A DNA stretch of 30,686 nucleotides, from NCBI GenBank assembly GCA_964539725.1, contig CAZIKD010000001.1, forward strand, positions 1-30,686. The letters run 5' to 3'. Below, piece by piece: positions 16,044 through 25,521 of this stretch. Positions within the stretch are counted from its first letter, which is position 1. The number at the start of each line of letters is the position of its first letter. The DNA comes from an uncultured Candidatus Bathyarchaeia archaeon. Lineage in GTDB: Archaea; Thermoproteota; Bathyarchaeia; TCS64. The position numbers and the translations under genes are program-made. Under the pieces are notes generated by a model. It ran no database searches. It was not told the DNA's origin and saw only the letters and a program-made list of their open reading frames with translations.

Positions 16044-16814
16044 TTGGATCAAGTGGAAAAGCTACAAGAGTTAAGGGGTTTCCTAAAAGATAGTCGAAGA
16101 AAGACTTTCGATTTCTCGAAAACTGATCAAACTCGGGGCGTACCTCCTCCACCAGAAGAGAAGCCTCTGGGGGTGAATCAGAGAGTTATGGAGCTGACAA
16201 GAGTTGGAGAATGGAGAATAAGTAATGTGGGAATAGAGAAAGCCATCGGGGATCGAGTTAGTCGAAGAGGTTACTCTGGGGAATCCCTGACGCTGGATGA
16301 GCTCTCCTTTCTGCTTTGGGCGACGCAGGGTTTAAGGCGTGGCTCTAGCGGAGGGCGTGTATTCAGGGTTGTTCCATCTGCGGGTTGTCGCCATGCGTTT
16401 GAGACCTACATCGCCGCTCTAAACGTTGATGGTCTCGAGAAGGGAGTCTACAGATATCTTCCACTATCTCATCGTTTAGCTGAGGAGTTTAAGGCACCCC
16501 ATTTAGAGGAGAGAATAGTCACAGGGGCTCTTGGTCAGAGGTTCGTGGGTGAAGCATCGGCGGTTTTCATTTGGACTACTATACCTTATAGAATGGAGTG
16601 GAGGTACGGCGAAGTCGCGCATAAGGTAATTGCTATCGATGCTGGCCACGTTTGTCAGAATCTCTATCTGGCCTGCGAAGCCGTCGGAGCCGGGACATGC
16701 GCTGTCGCAGCCTATGACCAGGAGGAGATGGATGGACTTCTAGGGTTAGACGGTAGAGATGAGTTCACCCTTTATCTGGCACCTGTTGGGAAGAAATCTC
16801 CCCATAATGTTTAA
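16044..16814 (+). CDS. SagB/ThcOx-like FMN-dependent nitroreductase-fold oxidoreductase
   Basis: SRRGYS...LTLDELSFLLWATQG, RVVPSAGCRH, GVYRYLPLSH, YRMEWRY and IDAGHVCQNLYLA. Confidence 0.88.
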   Translation: MDQVEKLQELRGFLKDSRRKTFDFSKTDQTRGVPPPPEEKPLGVNQRVMELTRVGEWRISNVGIEKAIGDRVSRRGYSGESLTLDELSFLLWATQGLRRGSSGGRVFRVVPSAGCRHAFETYIAALNVDGLEKGVYRYLPLSHRLAEEFKAPHLEERIVTGALGQRFVGEASAVFIWTTIPYRMEWRYGEVAHKVIAIDAGHVCQNLYLACEAVGAGTCAVAAYDQEEMDGLLGLDGRDEFTLYLAPVGKKSPHNV

Positions 16815-16860
16815 CACATTTTGTATAACTAAAGAATTGTAGAAATATTGGGTGACACTT

Positions 16861-17358
16861 ATGAATTATAAGAGGAAGCCCTGGCAAGAAAAATTGAAGG
16901 ATAAAAAGGGTCTACCAAAAATTCTTGAGTTGAAGGAGAATTTTCCTTGCTATAAAGCGCTGCATAAAATGGGTGTGAAATCGGGTGATCGGGTTGTTCT
17001 CGTTAACCCGAGAGAAGTAATCGAAGTGATGAAACAAGTTCCCTTGGGTAAGCTAGTCACTATTGTAGAGGTATGTAAAAAAATCGCGGAGAATAATGGG
17101 GTTAAGGGTTGTTGCTCCCTAACAACCGGGATTTTCATAATGACCGCTGCAAATGCAGTTGAAGAAGCTGCCAATGAGGGCAAGGACCTAAGCATCCCAT
17201 ATTGGCGAACTCTGAAGGTGGATGGTTTTCTAAACGCTAAATATCCCGGGGGAGAAGAGGCTCATAAGAAACATCTTGAAGATGAGGGACACATGATAAC
17301 CATTCAGAGAAAGCGATACCGAGTAGCTAATTTCGAGTCAAAACTGTTTAAAAATTAA
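16861..17358 (+). CDS. MGMT/alkyltransferase-like (ATL) DNA-binding domain protein
   Basis: VP.GKLVT..E...KIA and IPYWRTLK.DG.LN.KYPGG...H...LEDEG resemble the Ogt C-terminal domain. A GGTGA RBS precedes the ATG at 16861. Confidence 0.65.
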   Translation: MNYKRKPWQEKLKDKKGLPKILELKENFPCYKALHKMGVKSGDRVVLVNPREVIEVMKQVPLGKLVTIVEVCKKIAENNGVKGCCSLTTGIFIMTAANAVEEAANEGKDLSIPYWRTLKVDGFLNAKYPGGEEAHKKHLEDEGHMITIQRKRYRVANFESKLFKN

Positions 17359-17393
17359 CTTCTAATCTGGAGTCACCTGCATGGCAGGGCAAT

Positions 17394-18584
17394 TTAGAAT
17401 CCCTTAGATGTTGCATATTTTCGGCGTGAAAGGAGTATACACATTACAACCCCCACAATTGAAGCAACAGCCGCTAATTGAAGCGGCGCGGAGACAGTAT
17501 ACAGCTCTGCTACTCCTCCAAGAATTAACGGGCATACGACGTTACTTGCATTTGAGAAGCTCTGATATACACCCATGGCAGCTCCACGACTTTCAGGGGG
17601 AGCCTCCGTAGTTACATAAACGTTCCCCGCGGTGAGGGAGACCCCGTACATTGCACCTTGAACAGCTAGCAAAACAAGGAGGATACTTGTTTGAATACTC
17701 GACGCAAGGAAAATTATCGTCATAGCTTGGGCTGTAAGGCTTATAATGAGAAGCCAGAACGTGTTACTACCTTTCGAGGCAGAGCTAGCGGGAAACCTGA
17801 TGATTGTAGAGAAGAGGCCTCGTACGGTGAACCCAAGACCGACATCTGTCGAGGTTAGCCCAATCGCCAATCCATAGAGGGGGAAGAAGGTGCTGAGTGC
17901 TCCAAACATCAAGGTATTTATGAAGTTGGATAAGCCTGCGGCGAGAACCCGGGAATCTGCTAGGGTCTCCCTCAGATTTACCTCTTTGACTCTTATCTTT
18001 GTTTGAGGCGTCTCACCTCTTATGAGGAGGAGAGTGAAGAGCCCGAAGGCGCCTAAGAGGCTGCTGGCGATGAAAGCGGCGTTGAATCCCCAGAACGCCG
18101 ACGCGTAACCCCCAACTATGGGACCTGCCGTGAATCCTATCCCCATCGCAGTCATATAGAGGCCCTGAGCAATACCTCGAGCCTTTCCCTGCGCCTCCTC
18201 GCTCACCCAGACAAATCCCAAACCGAAAGTTGAACCCATTGAGACGCCTAGCAGTAGTCTAGCGGCTAGAAGGTGGATTGTGGAGGACGCGGTGATGTAG
18301 AGGAGAGGAACGATGACCATGAGGGCAAAGCCTAGTATGAGTACTTTCCTTCTCCCAACCCGGTCACTGAGGCTACCGATGGGCACGGATAGCAGAGCCA
18401 TCGCTATTCCAACCGCCGAGCCGTAGAGTCCGATCATGGTTAAGCTGGCGCCAAGGCCTTTCGCGAAGGCGGGGAAGATGGGGATGACGAGGCTGTGGCT
18501 CGCATCGGCGAAGAAGATGGCTATACAAACTATCGAAGCCCTAAGTAGGCTATTCTTCTCCTCACCTGTTAGGTCTTCGAGCAT
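17394..18584 (-). CDS. MFS transporter
   Basis: Motif A GSLSDRVGRRKV, about 12 hydrophobic segments and ESRGAAMG. Confidence 0.92.
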   Translation of the reverse strand: MLEDLTGEEKNSLLRASIVCIAIFFADASHSLVIPIFPAFAKGLGASLTMIGLYGSAVGIAMALLSVPIGSLSDRVGRRKVLILGFALMVIVPLLYITASSTIHLLAARLLLGVSMGSTFGLGFVWVSEEAQGKARGIAQGLYMTAMGIGFTAGPIVGGYASAFWGFNAAFIASSLLGAFGLFTLLLIRGETPQTKIRVKEVNLRETLADSRVLAAGLSNFINTLMFGALSTFFPLYGLAIGLTSTDVGLGFTVRGLFSTIIRFPASSASKGSNTFWLLIISLTAQAMTIIFLASSIQTSILLVLLAVQGAMYGVSLTAGNVYVTTEAPPESRGAAMGVYQSFSNASNVVCPLILGGVAELYTVSAPLQLAAVASIVGVVMCILLSRRKYATSKGF

Positions 18585-18623
18585 CCTTGAAGGGTTAAGC
18601 GGCGGGTTTAGAAGTGTTGTGGA

Positions 18624-18631
18624 CGCGCGCG
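18624..18631. repeat. Intergenic (CG)4 palindrome
   Basis: CGCGCGCG in the divergent MFS/VIT1 spacer, just upstream of AATATTAG. Confidence 0.9.
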
Positions 18632-18663
18632 AAGAATATTAGATAGGATGCAGAACTAATATT

Positions 18664-19776
18664 GTGGCTACAGCATCTGAAACTAAAACCGGGATTTTTG
18701 CAATAGATATGGAAGCTTTCGCGGTCGCGATTTATAGACACTTAGCTAAGCTTCATCCTTCAATGTCAGAGGATTACATAAGCTTGGCTGAGAAGGAATC
18801 TAGCCACATAAGTTTCTGGACAAGTTTTTTGAAGAGACGGGGTGTTAAAGCAGCAGTTCAGGCTCCCAACCGAATTAAACTTTCAGGCTATAAAATTGCC
18901 ATGCGTCTGCTTGGTAGTGGACTTACCCTTCGAATCATGGAGCGAAGCGAAGCCTCTAGTGTTAACCTCTACGCAAGTCTCCTCTCCAACTCGGATATTA
19001 CCGAAGAGGAGAGAATAGGCATTCAACAGATCCTTGAAGATGAACTTGTTCATGAGGAGGAGTTCATAAAGAAGCAGTCCGAGATCGGCGATTTCATGAC
19101 TTACATTAAAGACGCCGTACTCGGGCTCAATGATGGGCTCGTTGAGATTCTCTCGGTTACAACCGGTCTAGTCGGAGTCTATGGTTCCCCGTACGCAGTC
19201 GCCTTAGGGAGTTTAGTTGTGGGTATCGCCGGGGCTCTCAGTATGGGCATTAGTACATATACGAGCAGTCGGTCTCAGCGCCAGGTCCACCAAGGAATAA
19301 TGAGTAGGCTTGCCTCTGCGAGTCGACATGTTACATGGGTCTTCAAGGACCGCGTAAAGCAGAATGCCATAGACAAAGGCTACAGCGAAGAATTGGCGTC
19401 GAATATTGCTGAGGAAACCGCCTCAAACCCAAGTAGATTAAGTAACTTTATAGTAGAAGTAGAGTATGGATTGAAAGAAAGAACTCTGGGTATTCCCAGC
19501 CGCGCTGCTCTTTACGCGGGAGGCGCAAACCTTGCAGGAGCGATGATTCCTCTCGCCCCCTATTTCTTTACATCTGATATCAAGACTGCATTAATCCTCA
19601 GCCTTGGTTTCGCCACGATCTTCCTTGCTGTAACTGGGTTGCTGGTTTCATTGTTGGCGAATGTGTCGGCGCGGATCAAGGTTGTGGAAATGGTTATTAC
19701 TGGCCTCGGTTCAGCCACTGTGAGTTATATCATTGGTTGGCTTGCATCAGTATTATTAGGTACCCGAGTAGTTTAA
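18664..19776 (+). CDS. Erythrin (ferritin-like)-VIT1/CCC1 fusion iron transporter
   Basis: N-terminal E...ExxH pairs (EKESSH, EDELVH) and the VIT1 signature KDAVLGLNDGLVE...GALSMG, followed by TM helices. Confidence 0.88.
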   Translation: MATASETKTGIFAIDMEAFAVAIYRHLAKLHPSMSEDYISLAEKESSHISFWTSFLKRRGVKAAVQAPNRIKLSGYKIAMRLLGSGLTLRIMERSEASSVNLYASLLSNSDITEEERIGIQQILEDELVHEEEFIKKQSEIGDFMTYIKDAVLGLNDGLVEILSVTTGLVGVYGSPYAVALGSLVVGIAGALSMGISTYTSSRSQRQVHQGIMSRLASASRHVTWVFKDRVKQNAIDKGYSEELASNIAEETASNPSRLSNFIVEVEYGLKERTLGIPSRAALYAGGANLAGAMIPLAPYFFTSDIKTALILSLGFATIFLAVTGLLVSLLANVSARIKVVEMVITGLGSATVSYIIGWLASVLLGTRVV

Positions 19777-19891
19777 TGGACAATTCTTTCTTTTGCCAAA
19801 TTATTGAAAGATTTGAGGACTTTAAACAGCTTAGGTGGCTAACCTTTTAATTCTTGTTTTGCGAATCTCGGGATTATTCTCTGGTGGAGCG

Positions 19892-21130
19892 ATGTCGACG
19901 ATTTGGAGTTCTGTGGCAAATATTTGGGGTTTCTTCAAGAGTCTGCCCCCTAACCTTAAGGTGATAATCGCACGTTTTGGTTTGGCTAACTTCGTTTATA
20001 ATGTCAATACCTATGGGAGTATCTATTTAGTAGCGTTGGGGGCTTCGGGGACCCAGATAGGATTATTGAACTCGGTGAGTTTGGGGCTCAGTAGCCTGTT
20101 TGCTTTTGCTACGGGTTGGATCTGTGACAGGCGGAGCCGTAAGAGGATGTTTTTGTTTGGGGCGTCTCTCGGGGCTCTAGCCCCCGTGATCTATGCCGCG
20201 GCACCTAGTTGGCTTTGGGTTTTACCTGCGTTTATCCTAGCGGGGGTAGCCGATGGGATTATCCAGCCGGCTTTTACGACAATTTACGCTAATAATGTCA
20301 AGGATGATCATCGGGGAACCGTATATGGGTTGGTGAATGTCTTTGCCACGGCTCCTACGCTTTTCGCTGGTTTAGTGGGGGGATTGATTGTAAGCTATTT
20401 CGGAGGTTTGACAGCTTCAGGAATTCGGCCAGTGTATGTACTTCAGGCAGCTGTTTTGATTTGTATTGTGGTGCTCGTTTGGCGTTATCTTAAACCTGAG
20501 ATGGTATCCGGTGAGGGTGGGCGTCTTACCCTACGGAATATGATTGAAGATTATCGAGAGGTCTTGGACATAAAGGGTGCTAGGAATTGGGCGTTTATGA
20601 AGAGTCTCGGCTCATTTAGTATAGGTATGGCTGGGCCTTTCTGGATGCTTTACGCGGGTTTATTCAAAGGTGCCTCGGCTATGACTATGGCCTATATGGT
20701 TGTCGCAAGAGGGGCCACAAATGTTCTGCTATCTCCACTATCTGGGAGATTAACTGATGCCATTGGGAGAAAGAAGATGATCGTAGGGGGGAGAATACTG
20801 ATGTATATTGCCACGGGGGTTTTTCTACTCAGCTCCTCAGATTGGGTACTTGTATTAGCGTGGATTCTAATGGGAGCTAACGATTCCACTGGAGTCGCTT
20901 GGCAGGCTGAGGAAGTGGAGTTGGTTAATCGAAGTCAGAGGGCTAGGATGACTGCCCTAAGCGTAGGTAGTTTCAACCTTTTAGCAGTGCCTGCGAGTAT
21001 TTTGGGTGGGTATTTGTGGGATTTCGTCAGTCCAATGGCACCCTTTTTCGTCATGGCTGTTATCGATGGCTGTATCAGGATGCCCTTAATCTACTACAGG
21101 ATTCCTGAGGGCAAGGATCATAACAACTGA
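19892..21130 (+). CDS. MFS transporter
   Basis: GWICDRRSRK and GRLTDAIGRKK motif A copies and about 12 TMs. GGAG precedes the ATG at 19892. Confidence 0.88.
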   Translation: MSTIWSSVANIWGFFKSLPPNLKVIIARFGLANFVYNVNTYGSIYLVALGASGTQIGLLNSVSLGLSSLFAFATGWICDRRSRKRMFLFGASLGALAPVIYAAAPSWLWVLPAFILAGVADGIIQPAFTTIYANNVKDDHRGTVYGLVNVFATAPTLFAGLVGGLIVSYFGGLTASGIRPVYVLQAAVLICIVVLVWRYLKPEMVSGEGGRLTLRNMIEDYREVLDIKGARNWAFMKSLGSFSIGMAGPFWMLYAGLFKGASAMTMAYMVVARGATNVLLSPLSGRLTDAIGRKKMIVGGRILMYIATGVFLLSSSDWVLVLAWILMGANDSTGVAWQAEEVELVNRSQRARMTALSVGSFNLLAVPASILGGYLWDFVSPMAPFFVMAVIDGCIRMPLIYYRIPEGKDHNN

Positions 21131-21179
21131 TCTATGATCTCTGATTTGTTGATACGCGGATGAATAAAATTTTAGACCT

Positions 21180-23228
21180 TTATTCGATTCCCAGTGATTT
21201 CATTGCGTCTTTAATGTCGGTTACAGGCAGGTTGCACACTCGATTTCTGCAGACGTATATGGTGGGTTTCCCTTCGATGCTATTCATCATTGATGTGTAA
21301 CCGAGTAAATAATCGAGGCTGGGAGTCTTAAGCATCAATATCTTGTTTGGGATGTAGGACCTGCGTAGAGCGTAGAGCATTTGACGCGTATCTTCTGAGC
21401 TAGGGTTGCCTGTGACGACGACCTCGTAGCTTGGTCCGATGCTGTAGTCGAGGGCACAAAGGGAATATGTGTGTGCAATGGGATTGACCTCAACGAGGGG
21501 AGCGACTGCGTTGAGAAGCTGTTCAGCTGTCGCCTCAAATCCCGCTTCAACGCCTCTGCCGAGGCGTAAAAGGTTCATCGCCATCACGGAGTTCCCCGAG
21601 GGTTTTGCCCCGTCATAAGTCTCCTTCACTCTAGGCAGAGAGCTTTCGGATGATCGACTCATGTGGAAGCCACCGAAGTCGGGATCCCAGAAAAACTGGA
21701 TAGCTTCATCAGCTAGACTCTTAGCTTCCACTAAATATTTCGTATCAAAAGTCGCTTCGTATAGCTCGAGTAGCCCCCATATTAGATATGCATAGTCATC
21801 GAGAAAGGCTGGAATAGCCGCTTCTCCTAGTCTATAACGGTGGAGGAGTCCGCCTTCATTCATCTTGGTATGGATAAAGCTTGCGGCTTTCTCAGCTGCC
21901 TTAATGTATCTCTCCCCATCGAGTTCTGCTCCAGCTTTCGAGAGTGCAGCTATCATTAACCCGTTCCAGTCCGTTAGGATCTTATCATCTAGGAGGGGCC
22001 TTTCCCTCTTGTTCCTTGCCTCAAGTAGTTTGCTACGAATCGATTTTACCTTCTCTTGGTACTCGGCTGGTTCGAGGCCGAACTCCTGTGCGAGTTTCTC
22101 ATCCGAGGCGGCGATGAATAGGACATTTTTGCCCGATCTCTCCCTTGTGTTACCTGCCTCAGAGATTCCGAAAATATGGATAGCGATCGATGCTTCCTCT
22201 TCATTAAGCTCATCTGTGAGCTCTCTTAGGGTCCATGTATAGAATTTTCCCTCTTCTCCTTCGCTGTCAGCGTCCTCAGCTGAATAGAAAGCGCCCTCGG
22301 CGGAGGTTAGGTATCGCAATGTGTAATCAGCAATGTCGCGAGTAGTAACTGCGTACAGCGGATCCCCGGTGGCTTGGTGGGCTTCTGAGTAGGCGAGTAG
22401 AAGTGTTGCCTGGTCATAGAGCATCTTCTCGAAGTGAGGGACGAGCCACTTGGTGTCAGTGGAGTAGCGGTGGAAGCCACCGCCGATTTGGTCGTGGATT
22501 CCGCCCCTCATCATCGCGTTTAGGGTGTTCTCGACCATTTCGATTGCGTTAGTATTATGGGTCCTGCTCCAGTACCTGAGCAGAAACAGGAGATGATGTG
22601 GTGAAGGGAACTTGGGAGCATCACCGAAACCGAAGTGCTGCTCGTCGTAGATTGCTGATAGTTGGTTGTACGCATTATTCAGTGTGGCTTCACTTAACGC
22701 GGTTGGCTTTGTTATTATCGGTGTTTGTGATAGTGCTTCAACAACAGACGCAGCGTCGGAGACGAGCCTGAATCGATCGTTTTTCCAGAGCCTGCTGATT
22801 CTGGGGATGATGTCTCTTAGACCGAGCATTCCATGGTGGCTTGTATTTGGTAGATAGGTCCCCGCCGGGATTGGTTCTTTCTCGGGCGTCATAATGATTG
22901 TCAGGGGCCAGCCGCCTCCCCCGGTGAGCATCTGGCAGGCCGACATGTATATGGCGTCGAGGTCGGGTCGCTCCTCTCGGTCGACTTTGACGCAGACGAA
23001 CGCGGTGTTGAGGGCTTTAGCTGTGTCCTCGTCCTCGAAGCTTTCGCGCTCCATGACGTGGCACCAGTGGCAGGTCGAGTAACCTATACTGAGGAATACT
23101 GGAACGTCCCGTTTTCGTGCCTCCTGGAAGGCTTCTTCTCCCCAGGGGTACCAGTTTACTGGGTTTTGTGCGTGCTGTTGGAGGTACGGACTCTTCTCGT
23201 TGATGAGGCGGTTGGGTCTCGTGGTCAT
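21180..23228 (-). CDS. YyaL/SSP411-like thioredoxin domain-containing protein (DUF255 plus alpha/alpha barrel)
   Basis: [64 protein letters not shown] and [12 protein letters not shown]. The start could extend to 23294. Confidence 0.93.
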   Translation of the reverse strand: MTTRPNRLINEKSPYLQQHAQNPVNWYPWGEEAFQEARKRDVPVFLSIGYSTCHWCHVMERESFEDEDTAKALNTAFVCVKVDREERPDLDAIYMSACQMLTGGGGWPLTIIMTPEKEPIPAGTYLPNTSHHGMLGLRDIIPRISRLWKNDRFRLVSDAASVVEALSQTPIITKPTALSEATLNNAYNQLSAIYDEQHFGFGDAPKFPSPHHLLFLLRYWSRTHNTNAIEMVENTLNAMMRGGIHDQIGGGFHRYSTDTKWLVPHFEKMLYDQATLLLAYSEAHQATGDPLYAVTTRDIADYTLRYLTSAEGAFYSAEDADSEGEEGKFYTWTLRELTDELNEEEASIAIHIFGISEAGNTRERSGKNVLFIAASDEKLAQEFGLEPAEYQEKVKSIRSKLLEARNKRERPLLDDKILTDWNGLMIAALSKAGAELDGERYIKAAEKAASFIHTKMNEGGLLHRYRLGEAAIPAFLDDYAYLIWGLLELYEATFDTKYLVEAKSLADEAIQFFWDPDFGGFHMSRSSESSLPRVKETYDGAKPSGNSVMAMNLLRLGRGVEAGFEATAEQLLNAVAPLVEVNPIAHTYSLCALDYSIGPSYEVVVTGNPSSEDTRQMLYALRRSYIPNKILMLKTPSLDYLLGYTSMMNSIEGKPTIYVCRNRVCNLPVTDIKDAMKSLGIE

Positions 23229-23351
23229 TGTTATGGACTCCCCTTGCTTGGTTTCGACGTCGCTGCTTTTAGTTGATTTGTTGGTATGCGTCAATTATCA
23301 GATTTAATGGTAATATTCACACGAGTTGTAACCAAGTATGAGCGTGCTCAT

Positions 23352-24737
23352 TTACCAACTCATAATTGGGTATGAGTAGTTTTCACCCCTCTTCACTCTG
23401 GTGACTCTTCCGAGTTCGTTGAATTCGAAGGTCATGTTTTCACCATAAGAGCCACTGCCATCCTCGGGATACATCTTGAATGTGTGTTTTTCGTCTGGGG
23501 TGAGCTTGATTAGACTTGGGTTAGGGTCGAGTTGTGATGGATCGACAACATAGAGCCCGCCATTCAGGGTTAGCATCTGCATGTCGCTCCACGCATCTCG
23601 GTATATTCCATGGTAGATACTGTAGGGGGCGAGATCAGGTCCCGAAGTGTCGACTTCTCCTTTTGTCAAGGGATACGTTAGCCATTGGAACGCTTTTTCA
23701 ACGTAGTTTAGTGGTAAACCATCGTCTGAGTTTGTGAGTACGATTACTGCTGTCTTATCTGCGGGGTTTATCCTGATGTTTGTCCTGAAGCCCTGGACTG
23801 CGCCACCGTGTCCGACGTAGGTTCTGTTTCCTATCCGGGTGATCTTGAAGCCTATGCCAAACCCTTCCTTCCAGTCTGGCTGCAGCCAGTGGGGTCGGTG
23901 CATCTCACGGAGAGTGCTTCCGTGGAGAATCTGGTCTCCACCCTCGGGTCCGTCTCTTAGCTGTAACTTTGCAAATTTTGCTAGATCCTCAGATGTAGTG
24001 GTCATGTTTGCAGCGGGAGTTATCCCCTTGCAGTCCGTGTAGGGGGAGAAGTTCCTTGAACCGTTGGGTAGTCTCCTGCCGTAACCCTTCGCGAGTTTGG
24101 GGTCGTTGGGGTCTGGGGGCTCGATTAGGGTATCACTCATTCCCAGTGGTTTGAGTATGTTTTTTTCGACGTACTTCGTGTATGGGGTATTTGATACCTC
24201 TTGGACGATCTCTCCGGCGAGGGTCAGTGCGAGGTTCGAGTATTTCCAGAGGGTTTCTGTGGGGGCAGCGGCTTCCTGTGTCGAGATGAGCTTTATGACG
24301 GTTTCTCTCGTCGGAAAGTCTGAGTCGGTCCAGTAGGGGGTCGGCGCCTCCCTGGGGAGGCCTGAGGTGTGGGTGAGTAGGTGCCATATTCTTATTGGTG
24401 GGGTTTCTGGGTAGGTCTTTTTTAGCTTGAACCAGGGAAGGTGGGTCGCTACCTCGTCGTCGAGGCTGAGTTTGCCCTTGTCTCTGAGCTGCATGATGGA
24501 GGTGGCGGTGAATAGCTTGGTTATTGAGGCTATTCTATACCTCGTCTTCGGGGTTGTCTCCACCTTCTTTTCAATGTCTGCGTAGCCGAAGCCCCTCGAC
24601 CAGATCAAATCCTGGTTTCTGACGATTGCTATTGATAGACCGGGCTGACCCCTGTATGCCATCTGGGCTTCGATCCAAGCGGATAATAGGTCTATGCCTG
24701 AGGGGAGGTCGAGGCAGTTAAGTATCTCTGAAACCAT
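23352..24737 (-). CDS. Serine hydrolase, beta-lactamase/CubicO family
   Basis: SxxK in IASITK, LLTHTSGL, YxN in KYSNL and HGGAVQG, plus an extra C-terminal domain. Confidence 0.92.
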   Translation of the reverse strand: MVSEILNCLDLPSGIDLLSAWIEAQMAYRGQPGLSIAIVRNQDLIWSRGFGYADIEKKVETTPKTRYRIASITKLFTATSIMQLRDKGKLSLDDEVATHLPWFKLKKTYPETPPIRIWHLLTHTSGLPREAPTPYWTDSDFPTRETVIKLISTQEAAAPTETLWKYSNLALTLAGEIVQEVSNTPYTKYVEKNILKPLGMSDTLIEPPDPNDPKLAKGYGRRLPNGSRNFSPYTDCKGITPAANMTTTSEDLAKFAKLQLRDGPEGGDQILHGSTLREMHRPHWLQPDWKEGFGIGFKITRIGNRTYVGHGGAVQGFRTNIRINPADKTAVIVLTNSDDGLPLNYVEKAFQWLTYPLTKGEVDTSGPDLAPYSIYHGIYRDAWSDMQMLTLNGGLYVVDPSQLDPNPSLIKLTPDEKHTFKMYPEDGSGSYGENMTFEFNELGRVTRVKRGENYSYPIMSW

Positions 24738-24803
24738 GTGTTGATTCTACGTTGTTTCACTTTAAAATAGATGAGTATTCGTCGAGAGAAACACGCGTTT
24801 TAA

Positions 24804-25346
24804 TTATCGAGTACTGTCCTTGTTTTTCTCCCAAAAGACCTTCGATTTTCTATATCGCTCCTCAAAAAATTCCTCGTCTCTGAAGGCTGAAGCGAAATCA
24901 TCTGAGCTTATGGGAGTGAAGGGCTTATCCGATAACTCCTTGAGGAACTTGTGGTGCCTCTTCTCATCTTCGACCCAGCTCTCGATTATTGTTCGGTACC
25001 CCTTCCGATCGGATAGCCATGCCTGTTTGAGGAGAGTCTCACCCTTCTGAATTGACTCCTTCTCCAATTCGAGATGTTTCTTCAGAGACTCGGCTAAGCC
25101 TTTCCTATCATGCATGAAGACCTCTTTGCCGTCTAGAAAGTCGACGAGGACGTTTAGCATCATGATGTGTTTTTGGGAGTCGTGCCTAATCATCCTCAAC
25201 ATCTGTTGCACGAGTACGTTAGGGATTTCATTGACCGTCTTTTCGTAGAGGCCGATTAACTCGCCTTCGATTAATATCTGGTCCCTAAGTACTTTCTTAG
25301 CTTCCTCTCTATCCGCTAAATCTCTTTCATTAAGGTGGGCAGCCAA
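24804..25346 (-). CDS. Ferritin-like (rubrerythrin-type four-helix) protein
   Basis: Helical repeat with IE...Y / DSQKH and LE...I / DEKRHH ligand pairs. Putative TATA TTAAAT at 25383-25378. Confidence 0.7.
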   Translation of the reverse strand: MAAHLNERDLADREEAKKVLRDQILIEGELIGLYEKTVNEIPNVLVQQMLRMIRHDSQKHIMMLNVLVDFLDGKEVFMHDRKGLAESLKKHLELEKESIQKGETLLKQAWLSDRKGYRTIIESWVEDEKRHHKFLKELSDKPFTPISSDDFASAFRDEEFFEERYRKSKVFWEKNKDSTR

Positions 25347-25385
25347 TTTTCATCGATCAGTACAAGGATTCCAAGGGATTTAAGT

Positions 25386-25392
25386 CGCGCGC
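25386..25392. repeat. Intergenic CGCGCGC tract
   Basis: AAGTCGCGCGC is shared exactly with 12426-12436. It directly precedes the TATA box of the ferritin-like gene. Confidence 0.85.
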
Positions 25393-25474
25393 TCGTGCAC
25401 AACTTATCGTGTAGACCCGTAAGATCATATACTTTGAGGAGGGTGGATCCGAGCACACCAACGCAACAATAGAT

Positions 25475-25489
25475 GCTGCGAAGCGCAGC
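25475..25489. other. GC-rich hairpin GCTGCG-AAG-CGCAGC
   Basis: Perfect 6-bp stem about 32 nt downstream of the oxidoreductase stop, containing GCGAAGC. Confidence 0.55.
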
Positions 25490-25521
25490 GCGTGACACGT
25501 GGTTTAAATCTGTTTCTAGGT

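Noticed and set aside
16044-16814. SagB-like dehydrogenase as part of a RiPP (azole/thioamide) cluster
   Set aside because: There is no YcaO, TfuA, E1-like protein or precursor peptide in the window, and stand-alone SagB-like nitroreductases are common in archaea.
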